From Iphione sp. A-MEVVRFRX5 (taxonomy: Eukaryota), in contig OZ320315.1 of NCBI GenBank assembly GCA_976226885.1, positions 97,092,001-97,156,000 of the forward strand: 64,000 nt of DNA, in the 5' to 3' direction. Numbering within the stretch: the first letter of the stretch is position 1; each line of letters starts with the position of its first letter. The position numbers were made by a program, and so were the translations under genes. A model generated the notes under the pieces. The model ran no database searches. It was not told where the DNA came from and worked only from the letters and a program-made list of their open reading frames with translations. Shown piece by piece: positions 47,331 through 58,244 of the stretch.

Positions 47331-50300
47331 CAGATGCTCTTCAATGAACCTTCCAGTTTTCGTTTAAGATTTCTTTTGAATGTAACCTTGTTCTCAAAGG
47401 GTGTTAATATTAATAAATTCCACTGTTTAATTGCAAAATGTTTTGTATCTTGACAATATAATGTACAATTTGGACGGTCTGATGTTAATGTCGGTCGCCT
47501 AAGTCTACAACTTTGTGATTCGACCCTGAAAATGGGTGCCAACACATCATAATGGACAGATAACAAATAGCACGTACCTCTCAGTTCAAAAGGGAGGATT
47601 ATTGCGAATAAATAGATCTCTGTCAAATGTATTGAAACCCCATATTATTCTCGGAAAATTTCAATAGCTGCCTTTCAAGTTTTTTGAATGTTGCACTGTT
47701 ATAGCAGTATACTGAGCCAATTCCATAGTCTAAGTTGGGTATTTTTTTTTTTATAACTTTTATTTCACCTGGGGTGATACATACATTTAACATGTACATT
47801 GGGCCAAGGTCCATTTACAGATAACAACATATCTGTATAGAAAAACAATTGTTTATAATACGGTATAGTGCATAGTAAAGAATATACTACAGATTGATAC
47901 TTCACATAGTCAAAAGATCACCTAATCAACATGGAAATTTTCCGATGCATACCTATCAACAATGTATTTCTCGAGCTTCTTTTGAACAGTGTTCTGCCAC
48001 CTTCATCATCACCTTTATTCTTCGGTGCATCAGTAACTGTTGCATACAAACCCTATATTCAAATGGTACTAATTTTAACTTTGCTTGGATTTGGTGATTG
48101 CTAATTTCATCACAGCGATAACCTAATGCACGTCGATAGACTCTACGTAGCATTACATCAACTTTTCTTTGCATACTGATAGGCAGGAGGAAACATCCAT
48201 ATTTGGCTAAAGGTACAATATATGATTTTAACATTTGTATCATTGTTTTCTTTGATATCAGTTGTCTTACTCTATAGAGAAGGTTAGCTTTTGTATTGAT
48301 TTTCTGAATATCCGCCTTAGGTAGTGTTCAAATGTCATCATTTCATCGAGATCAACTCCCAAATACTTACAGGAAGAATTTCTTTTGAGCATCCTATTAC
48401 CTATACAGAGCTGAATATCAACACAATCTTTAAGCTTGGCCTTAGTACCAAAGACAACATATTCTGTCTTGTCCATGTTCACCTCAATTTTGTTTTTATC
48501 ATACCACTTCTCGACTCTTATCAGATCATTTTGTAGTTTCTGTTGTAGGGTGCCCTTTGTTTTTGCACTGGCATAAATCACAGTATCGTCAGCGTATAGT
48601 AAAATGTGGCTCTGTGTAACTGTTTCCACTATATCATTTACAAAAATAGAAAACAATAGCGGCCCCAGGGTAGATCCCTGGGGTACTCCGCATGTTATTA
48701 ATCCAGGTTCAGATTCTTTGCCATTTACCGTAACCACTTGCAATCGCCCTGATAAAATAATCCTCAAACCATTTTACCTCCGCACCCAACCCCAAATGAT
48801 ATAATTTTTGGAGTATAATACTATGATTTACAGAATCGAAGGCCTTCCTGCAGTCTACGAACACTGCCCCTACTAACATACCCTCATTTATACTCTCATA
48901 TATAAATGATGTCAAACTCGCCAGGGCAGTGCCCGTGCTGCAGTTAGGCCTAAAACCATGTTGTCGATCTGACAGCTTATTATTTTCTAACATAAAATGC
49001 ATAACCTGGTTGGCCACAAATTTTTCAACTATCTTAGCAAATACATTCAAGACACTAATAGGGCGATAATTACCTACTTGAGTTTTACTCCCCCCTTTGT
49101 ATATGGGAGTCACTGTTGACTGCTTCCACTCAAGTGGCATTCTTTTTTCTAGTATCGACTGGTTAATAATATTTATCACCTCATACAGCATTAGCACCAA
49201 GACTTCCCCTGTTACTGCCATGTTAAGTTTTAACCACCCACTAGATTTATTCTTGGGTATTCCATTTAAAATTGCCATATAACACTTTTCTGTTAGTAGA
49301 TCAAAACTAAAAGTTTGGGGCACATGCAACATTGGCGATGATATGGGGGCCCCAAATTTTCCAATTATGTTTGTACCTATGTTTAAGAAAAAATCATTTA
49401 TGTAACTAGGGACCTCTTCTCTTGTTACTATTTGTCTGTTATCCTTCTGCAAATCTATCTCCAGAATCGTCTACCATTCGCAACATTCTCTTGAAGCGAC
49501 TTTTCTAAGAAAAACCCTTTTTTCCTGCGTATTACTTTCTTAACTAATTTCCTAATTTGGGTTGCCTGATGATACTTCCCTTTATCCTCGGTTTGGATCG
49601 ACTCTCGAAATAATCTATTTCGCTTGTCTATTAGTTGCTTACATTCCATATCAAACCATAAGAATTGCCTAGGATGGTCCCTACTATATCTGAAAGGGCA
49701 GATCTTATCTATTATGCTTTTAATTTTTTGATTAAAGTAATTCCATTTTTCATCCACAGTAGAATTACATCAATATAGTAAGTCCCAATTTTCCTTTTCC
49801 AACAGGTTCACTAAGCGAGCTTTATCATAGTATTTCATAGTCCTAAATAGTTGCCTTACAGTCTTTTTCTTTTCAGTCAATGTATTTAATTTAATAACTA
49901 CTGTGTAATGGTCACTAAATGTTGTTTTATCTATATATGTCGTTAGAAGTTCTGGGGTATTACTTAGGACAATATCTATGATAGATTTGCTGGTGTATGT
50001 CTCTCTGGTCGGCTCCTTCACAGTCTGTACAACCCATATGTATTCAGAAATAACTGTAGCCTATCCTTATTGTATGTATATGCTGTTCGTGAACAATTAA
50101 TATTCATATCGCCTAGGATTAGTGCTTTTTTACCAGGTCCTAAATTGTTCATAGTATTCTCTAATTTTTTTAAAATAATATGTCTGATCCAAGTAATGGT
50201 GGCCTATAAACTCCCATAATTAAAAACCTTTTCCCATCTATTAAACTGATTTCAACTGTAACTAGTCTCTTCCAACCCGTTCTCGGTCATCCTTATTTAC

Positions 50301-50573
50301 CTGAATAGCAACAGCATCATTCCTTACATACATAAGTACCCCACCCCCCTTTGTCCTAGTTGCTCCAATGTTACGGTCACACCGTAATATATTGTATTTA
50401 TCAATCCTGAGGAGGGCGTCATTTACATCTGAACCTAACCATGTTTCAGTGACTACAACCACAACCGGCTTATACTTACTAATCGTTTCTGAAATCTCTA
50501 CCACCCTACTCAACAAACTCCGAGCATTTATCAATAAAATGGTTTCACCGTCCATTACTAGTTTTTTGACCAT
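47330..50573 (-). pseudogene. LINE ORF2 (APE + RT), multiple frameshifts
   Basis: INARSL, VTETWL, KGGGVLMY (50262..50573); PTRET...IIDIV...FSDH; NYRPIS, QHGFR, VDCRKAFD (48709..49452); GVPQGSTLGP, LYADD, KYLG (48267..48767). Confidence 0.92.
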
Positions 50574-50782
50574 TGTATATCATCGTAATGTTAAAAAAAA
50601 ATGTCACAAATGGTTTTGGACATAAGTCATATATTATGGTCTGTAAGTGTGAAGAGCAATGATGATTGATAAATGGTAATAATGAATATGAATATGAATG
50701 ATATGAATAACTATTATGGTTCAATATGAGCAGCTTATGTTGTAGGGGGGAGTCACCATAAAAAACACAAAAGACAGATAAA

Positions 50783-50804
50783 TTTTACCTCCACCGAGGT
50801 AAAA
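50783..50804. promoter_or_regulatory. Perfect 9-bp hairpin in the SGNH-ORF2 spacer
   Basis: TTTTACCTC-cacc-GAGGTAAAA, 24 nt past the SGNH stop; function unknown. Confidence 0.55.
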
Positions 50805-50828
50805 ACTACCTCCAGACAGTCTCTTCAT

Positions 50829-51485
50829 TTACACAACAAGTCCATGGAAATACTTATCCAGTTTAGTCTCATATTCTCCTTGGTGTTCAACTGCGAGATT
50901 AATACCATCTCTTAGTTTGTGGTATCGTGTATGCCATACCTGGTGATTTAAGCGATGTATCAGATAGAATGACCATATTGTTGGTAAACAAGCTTTCTTA
51001 TTTAATTCAACCAGGTATTTCATAATTTCAACACATAACTGGTCAAGTTTCGTTTGCTGTATCTCTGTACAGGTTGCATAAAAAAAACCATTAGATGCAT
51101 TTAGTATTTCGAAGGAAACACCCCAAAAGGGTGCCCAAACAATTGGTATACCACATTCAGCAATCTTAGCATTTGTATCTTCAACTTTTACACAAAAATC
51201 AACCAATAGAGTTTCTAATTTGCCAGGTGGCATAGTAAAGTGTTTATATTGTTTCCGATCAGCATAGATATCTTCAATTCTGATAATATCATGATTTCCA
51301 CAGTCTATGACTAATAGTTTGGTGTTGGACGGCATGACATGGCTTCGTATTACTTGTGCCATCACTGCAAGTGTCGCACGGTTTACTACCTCAAAGTGTA
51401 CCTCGTAGCCGCTTTTAACGGCTGTGTACGACACAGAAGTATTTCGTCCGTCTGTGAAAAAATATACTGTACCTTTACCTGCCAT
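50829..51485 (-). CDS. SGNH-fold protein with catalytic Ser and His replaced (218 aa)
   Basis: VYFFTDGR (vs TDSHG/TDSRG), DCGNHD (block III), KLRDGINL (vs DGCHL); intact ORF at the SGNH position. Confidence 0.78.
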   Translation of the reverse strand: MAGKGTVYFFTDGRNTSVSYTAVKSGYEVHFEVVNRATLAVMAQVIRSHVMPSNTKLLVIDCGNHDIIRIEDIYADRKQYKHFTMPPGKLETLLVDFCVKVEDTNAKIAECGIPIVWAPFWGVSFEILNASNGFFYATCTEIQQTKLDQLCVEIMKYLVELNKKACLPTIWSFYLIHRLNHQVWHTRYHKLRDGINLAVEHQGEYETKLDKYFHGLVV

Positions 51486-51856
51486 ATCAAGTATAATAAG
51501 ATAGCACTTATCATATTAGCTTAGTGCACGGCCGAGACAGTTCGTTGTTCCTTATCCTCTCACAGGCTCATGTCCGCAGTGCTCAACTAGGATAGTCCGA
51601 TATTCTTAGTCTGCACACTCATATGAGTTATATCCCTGGAATGATAGGTGGTTCAACACATGAACTCGTAATCCTTACGAACTGTCCCAAGTTGACAGAC
51701 ACAGGTATCAGGATGGATGTTAGTATCCTCGAGTCCATATAATATCCATTGACCAGTCAATATGGCTGCTCGTGAAAACATGCGTTGCCAAATAAGCTAC
51801 TCGCTCCTTTGACACACAATATCCTAGGAAGGCAAGTTCAAGCTACCTGCTCAAAC

Positions 51857-53404
51857 TTAGTACAATTCCTCGTCTTCCTCCTCCTTTCGAAGAATATCCC
51901 TTATTGTCATGAGCAACCTCCCAAGGTAGTTCTTCCCTGGATACTGTCCCTTACCAAGACTCGACGCTTTGTAGTTCGTACCGGTGCTCCAGTAGTGATC
52001 TGTACTTGCCACGATTAGCTTGTAAGGCCACGTGAATAAGAGTCGGTGTTTCAAATCAGTATTGTTAGTGAATTTGCTATACAACAGCATCTTCATAATT
52101 TTGTTTTGGTCTTCCTCCCAAGCTTTGGTAGACTTCACTTTCTGACCAAGTCGTCGTGCAACTATCGGACGTGTCGATTCTAGTATCTCTTGCTTTTTCG
52201 GCTCCTCCCCTGAGTAATACGCCTTGGACCACTGCAGAGCCTGTTTGACAGAAGTAAACTCCAAGCCCTCTAGCTGCACTTGACTAATATATAGATTGGA
52301 TGGTGCCAAATTTGCACAGTTGAAAGCTATGCCTGCATTATTCTCCAACTGCATCTCCTCATCAACATTCTCAAGCCCCACTTCCTTTCTGCCTATGACG
52401 GAGACAGACGTTGGTGTTTCTGGAAGTTCAGTCAATCTGGCTGATGTTTCCTGACTCTTCCCCTCCCAGTCATCATTGTCTCCATTAGCTTCTGAGTCCT
52501 CATCCATGCGTTCAGCCCAGGTTGCTCCAGATACCTCATTTGTCACTGCCACTTCTTCCTCTCCGTCAATCTGTTTTGGGATGGTTTGTTCATCTGTTTC
52601 TTCACGATTCTGTTGTCGCTTGCCAGATAAGTTACTCTGTGTGGCCCTCTTCGCATCTCTACGGCGCAGTGCCTCCTCTCGGTCTTCCTTGGTCTGATCT
52701 CTGTTGATCCAAATGTTGCGTCCTCGTAGTGCACTTTTAGCTACCATTATATTGTTGATCGACCTAATACTTTTAAGTCTCCAAAATATATGCCTACTCT
52801 TCCCAAGTAGTCGCCTTCCTACCCAATAGCAGATGTCAGTATCATCTCTCTGTATTACAACCTTAATCTCTCTGCACAATGCCATTAGCTTATTTTCAAG
52901 GTTTTCTCCCTCTTCTTCCTGAATTCCAACGACATAGAGGTTGTAGCGCTTGTATTTCCTGGTGCTGTCTCTGTCTCTCAACTTCACGCCGTAGCGTTGC
53001 GTTTTCTTCCTTCAAACATTTCACTTCTGCTTCTAATCTTCCTGTCGCCTTAATATTTTTCACCAATCCCCTGTCAAGTGCCTTAATATTCTCATTATTT
53101 CCTTTAGATTGTCGTTGTAATGCTAGCAGGGTCATTGAGAGATCCCATATCATTTCTGAGTGACTGGAAACCTTCCCTGCTTTCTCGCATACTTCGCTCA
53201 AGCATGGCGCTCAGTCTCCTCGATGTCTTCCTCCTTGTTCATTTTTTTCTTAGGGTTATCTGACGGTGAAGGAGTAGATGTTGTACTTGTATGCGATGAT
53301 AGATTAGAGCTTTTGCGCTTCCTTGCATCTACAGTGTCAAGATCCTTCACAGGCACCAAAGGTCTTACTAGACTTGGCCTAGGTTGTCGGCTCATCGCAA
53401 TCAA
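51857..53404 (-). pseudogene. ORF1p: basic N-terminus, coiled coil, RRM-like, acidic linker, NADAR; two frameshifts
   Basis: 53198..53404; coiled coil 52896..53201; KRYNLYVVGI...LRGRNIWINRD and NADAR (~51880-52335) IAFN...APSNLY, FTSVKQALQWSKA, MKMLLYSKFTNNTDLKHRLLFT, STDHYWSTG, YPGKNYLGRLLMTIRDIL in 51857..52987. Confidence 0.88.
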
Positions 53405-53671
53405 CAGTCATGGTTGGGTCAGTATTGCATAAGACACTTCATCGAGTGTGCCCTGAAAAGCCGCTGCCCCACGCTGCCTCACGTTGTAGTTCCAATTCTC
53501 AACGTTTTTCACTATTTCTTCCTCTTAAGGTAAGTCTTTCCACTCACTACGCAGTTTAGTCTGATCCTGGTATCCTATATTATATATGTTCAACCGCCAC
53601 CAGATTATTGTTGTGTTTTCCAAGCACACCTGCTCAAATAACACTCCCCCTTGTTCTGCGTATGTCACTCT

Positions 53672-53682
53672 GCCGCCATATT
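53672..53682 (-). promoter_or_regulatory. YY1-consensus site near the likely 5' end of unit I
   Basis: GCCGCCATATT (+) matches the YY1 consensus GCCGCCATNTT, ~270 nt upstream of ORF1. Confidence 0.4.
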
Positions 53683-54869
53683 GAAACCAAAATTACAAGC
53701 CTTCAAGACACATACAGCTGTTTTTGAGTCACTCGAGTCAATGTCATTTGACTTGTCTCGGCATATGGGTTAAGCTGAATGATTTTTGAATTTTTCTGTT
53801 CAATTCCTCCTGTAAACTTAGGTGGCTATCAAGAGTGAATACTAAGTATTTTTACACAGTTACTTTCTCTAGTTTATGGCCATTAACCTAAATATTCAGG
53901 AGGGATTTCTTGTGCTTATTATGTTTGGAGGTAAATAACATTGACTGCGTCTTTTGGTAGCTGATTTTCACCCCGTTAGCTCTACACCGAGTCAAGTCTA
54001 CTAATTTCTTCATTGAGAGTTTTCGTTATGTTGTAAAGTATCACAGTGTCGTCTGCGTACATAATGCATTTGCTTTTGGTGAAACAGGAAATACTATCAT
54101 TAATGAATAGTGCAAACAACATCGGACCCAATATGCCTCCTTGGGGTACACCTAGCCGCAGCATAGTTTCAGGTGAAGTATGTCCATTTACTTTTGTTCT
54201 TATGCTTCTATTAGTTCAGTAATTATCAAAGTACATTACCCCCTTACCCCCTTGTGCTTTGATTGTTTTAGTAAAACTGAGTGCTGGAGGGAGTCAAATG
54301 CTTTTGCATAATCTATGAAAACAGCACCCGTTAACTTTGCAGTATTTAAACCCTCCATTATATAGTGAATCACATCATCTATGGCATGCATGGTTGATTT
54401 GCCTCGTCGTTGTGGGGATAATAGGTTGTTCTCTTCTATGAATTTTTTGGTCTGGCTGTGTACTATTTTTTCTAGGATTTTTGCAGGCAGGGGTAAAATA
54501 CTAATTGGGCGGTATGAGTTAGCAGGTCTCGTACAGCCCTTGCCCTTATATAGAGGGGTTATATGTGCGCACTTCCACATTTGTGGCATCCTGTTCATTT
54601 CCAATGATCTATTCATTAGCGATGTCACAATACTGCTCAGCGATTTCAGGCATGGTAATATACTTTGTGCTGGGTACAAGTCAATACCACTTGGTTTATC
54701 TGGGGATAATTTTTCAATTATTTTTTTGACTCTAAATCAGTTAGTATTTTCTAGCTGTAATGTGATCCAGCATGTAATAAAATAGACACTGCTTATCCGG
54801 TCTCAGTCTGCACGTCCTTTCTCTCCCAGATGGCAGCCATTGTGTAGCTTCTGAAGCTTGTTCGTGTGT

Positions 54870-55463
54870 CTACCGTTGGCATGACCATGGACTATGCTCC
54901 CAACGTGCCAAGTCGCCGTGATGTCGATTCATCCTTCTGATGTAACCATTTATACGATAGCCACAATCGTTCATCAATATCTGGTCCCTTGATGGTGGCG
55001 ATTTTTTCTGAAACAGGCCCTCCAAGCAATACTTAGTTATATCTGAATATGTGTGGGCATAGAGTTTCAGCGAAGACATGTAACGTTTCTTTATTCTGGC
55101 ATAACAAGTATCCAGTAGGAGACATAAATGCATGTAAGTCAGATCAATATCATAATCTGGCAGATATATTTGCCTACGAATAGTGCGGTCCGGCAGCATT
55201 GCCTGTCGATCTAAGTTAGTAATGTCATTAGTACCAGCCAGGATTGCAATATACAGTGGGTCTGATGGGAAATGATACGATAGTACCTTGTCTGCTATCC
55301 CTGCGAGTCCTATGCCGGGCTGCGATATTACCGGTAGAGTCACCCCAGAGCGAAGTAAATCAGTGTGTAGCTGCTTCCCATGGGAGTCAGTGAAGAAGTA
55401 CAGGTCAGGTGGATGTGCATTATTCTGTGCCATTGTCTCCCTCTGAACCATGCTCTGTGACAC
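54870..55463 (-). pseudogene. SGNH esterase (family E), C-terminal frameshift
   Basis: LYFFTDSHGK, SQPGI, ILAGTND, RQIYLPD; shifted frame ends LHNGCHL. Confidence 0.88.
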
Positions 55464-55479
55464 CGGTCTCTTGACTGAG

Positions 55480-55790
55480 ACCTAACCTCAACCGGTCTAG
55501 TCTCACCTGTCCAATTTTGACCTTCGAATTTGCTATTGCCCACAGCTCTTGAGTGCAGAGTGGCCCCTGCTCCCCAATGTGTGTCTAGCGACGCTTCAAC
55601 CAATGGGAACAGGCCTGTGGACATCAGCCTATCCAAAAGAGCTTTGTTCTGTTCAAATTTCACATGTGTTAACTTGAACATTAGTGTCTCTATACAGTCT
55701 CTTGGCTTTGTGACGGTTCGGTGGTTCCCATTACCTCGGCATAGAGAGTGTGGTCATTCACTTCCCTTGCTAGGGTTGCTGGGAGCTCTT
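55480..55790 (-). pseudogene. NADAR C-terminal half
   Basis: LTHVKFEQNKALLDRLMSTG...LVEASLDTHWGAG...FEGQNWTG (55340..55681); cut upstream by a poly(A) tail at 55805. Confidence 0.9.
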
Positions 55791-58244
55791 ATTCAATTGA
55801 ATTGTTTTTTTTTTTAAACTTTTATTTTTCCTGGCGAATTGTCACCAGGCCATAACAACACAGTCAATACATTGATAAAATTCTGGTATATTACGTACAT
55901 TAAACAAACATAGAATGAAAAAATGATTGGTCGTACCTCCTCTCTTGAGAGGTACCATATATACGATGACCTATTAGTATCTGTCTAAATAACCAAATAA
56001 GTAAACACTGTTTTAATGTGTGGAAAGACATGAGAGCGTATCCCAACATCAAATGTCTGGTAACATTATATGCGTTACTAGTTGGTGTTGAACTATCCAT
56101 TAGGAGACTTTCCAATTCTCCTTCAGCCTTTTATTCAGTAGATAATATTGCAATCTATTTCTGAAACTAATGTATGGTAAACTTTTGAAACTTCTATGCA
56201 GCTCATTCCATATATATATGCTATGATAACTGGAACTATGTTTGTATAGATTTATTAATGGCTTCGGTAGGGGTACCTGGGGATTTCGGTTACGTGATTC
56301 ACACTTCAGGGTTAACTCAAGAAGTCTAGGATGATGTAACATCAGTATAAAATACTTATTTCTCTCCTTTAGGCCCATTATTGAAAATCTCTCAATACCT
56401 GTAACGTAGTCTTGGGTTGCTATTCTCAGTGCCTTACTTAGCTGTCTTTCCAGTCTAATGAATAATCCATTATCGGTATAAAAAAAGATTTTATTAATTG
56501 TATTGTCACATTTATGTTGCTCTTCTTGCGGACCTGTTGAAACAGATTCAACATACTATAGGTCTTGTTCAATTTGCTTTCAAGTTCCATACTCATACTA
56601 AGATGGCTGTCCAATGTCACTCCTAAGTATTCAAATTGTGTAACCTGTATTAATTCCACTTCATTTAACTTCAGCCCCAGCTTAAATTTCTTGCGTTTAC
56701 TCTTATTCATTAACTATTATTCCATTTAGTCTGCACCATTCAGATAATTTTCCTATGTCATATTGCAGTTTATCTTTGATAATTAATGGATCAGTCCCTT
56801 TGGCATATAGTACTGTATCATCTGCATACATAAGACTTTCACACTCTGTGTAAGAACTTATGCTATCATTAATAAACAGATTAAACATTATTGGACCCAA
56901 GATGTTTCCTTGTGGAACACCAGTCCGCAGAGGTAGTTTCTCAGATATAGTACCATTTGCTTTAGTCCTTATCATTCGATTTGACAGGTATGAGCTAAAC
57001 CATGGGATTACATCTTTAAAACCCATTTTACCTAATTTACGTAATAGGATACTATGATTAATGGTATCAAAAGCTTTACTATAATCGATAAAGACTGCAT
57101 CAACTATTTGTCTATTGTTAATTGCATCATATATGTACGAGGTTAAGTGGTCTATTGCCTTTATTGTCGATTTTCCCTTCTGGAATCCAAATTGTTTCTT
57201 CGATGTTTTAAATGACAAATTTATTTAGTTGACCAAATACTATACTCTCTAAAATTTTTGCAGTTATGGGTAATATAGATATTGGTCGGAAGTTAGTTGC
57301 TTCAGTCTTTTTCCCTTTCCCTTTATAAATTGGAGTGATTATTGCAGAATTCCATTCCTCTGGGACAATTGATTAAGTGAGTAAAGATGTCTATACATTC
57401 ATACAATATATCTTTCATTATTTGTGTATTGCAGAAATCAAGCCCACTTGGTTTAGTTTCTTTTTGTTTACGAATATAATTCTTTACTTCTTCTGGAGTC
57501 ACAGGGGTAAAAGCAAAACTTTTTAATGGACATAGTACATTCTGTAACTGTAGTTGATGTGTACCATGAAAGGGAGTTTCACCAATTGAGGCGAAATACC
57601 GATTCAAAGTGGTTGCCACATCTGAAGTGTCATCTGTACAGATATATATAGGTGCCTGCTTCTTGGTTGTACCCATTAAATTTTTTAATACTCCCCAATA
57701 CTTTTTTGGTGTACCCTTAGTCTCTGAGATTTTTTTAGCAAAGAAGACTGCAATGTCTTTCTGAATCTTCTTCACCACCACTGCCTGTGCCCTGGCATTT
57801 CTCAACTTCAAGCTATCTTTGTCTAAATAAGCTTGTTTAAATAATTGATTTTTTTCACTAATCAATTTTCTGGTACATAGACTAATCTGGTGTGATTCAG
57901 CTGTACTTGGTTTGCTACAACGTTGGGGTGTATTTTCATTTAGAAAGCGAGTTATTAATTCCTTAAAGGAGTACCATTGATAATCAACATCCTCCGATCG
58001 CATTAATACTTGGGACGATGTCGCAGTCAAATATAAATTTAGTTTGTTTTTATTTCCTCATTCCAGTGTCTATATCTAATAGACATTAGCGGGGGTATAT
58101 TCAGCTCAAATTTAACGATGGTGAAGATTTCATAGTGATCGCTTAGAAATAATCTATTCATGTTAGTATTACAATAGATATGACGATCTAATAAAACCAA
58201 GTCTATACAAGTCGATGTTTGCTGTATGTGTGATTCTAATAAGT

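Larger units (their letters stand above)
47330..53690 (-). mobile_element. Apparently full-length but decayed LINE unit I: 5'UTR, ORF1-NADAR, SGNH-like ORF, APE-RT
   Basis: Colinear ORF pieces from 53404 down to ~47330. Confidence 0.9.
53800..55790 (-). mobile_element. LINE family E copy 3 (NADAR C-half, SGNH) joined to RT fragments
   Basis: RT: SYRPISILP, IDYAKAFD (54236..54679); GVPQGGILGP, MYADD (53982..54164); APE absent. Confidence 0.85.

Noticed and set aside
23584-51485. Esterase ORFs look better preserved than neighbouring ORF2s (possible host co-option)
   Set aside because: They are short. At the lesion density of unit I (about one per 500 bp) an open 650-bp ORF is unremarkable, and most esterase copies are in fact broken.
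53404-53700. Self-cleaving ribozyme at element 5' ends
   Set aside because: No hammerhead (CUGAnGA/GAAA) or HDV-like topology could be fitted by eye; an Rfam scan is needed to exclude it.
9091-55790. Prokaryotic defence island (retron/DRT plus DarT-NADAR toxin-antitoxin)
   Set aside because: The RTs are APE-linked non-LTR or Ngaro types with AATAAA and tails, no ADP-ribosyltransferase toxin ORF is visible, and there is no operon-like bacterial content.
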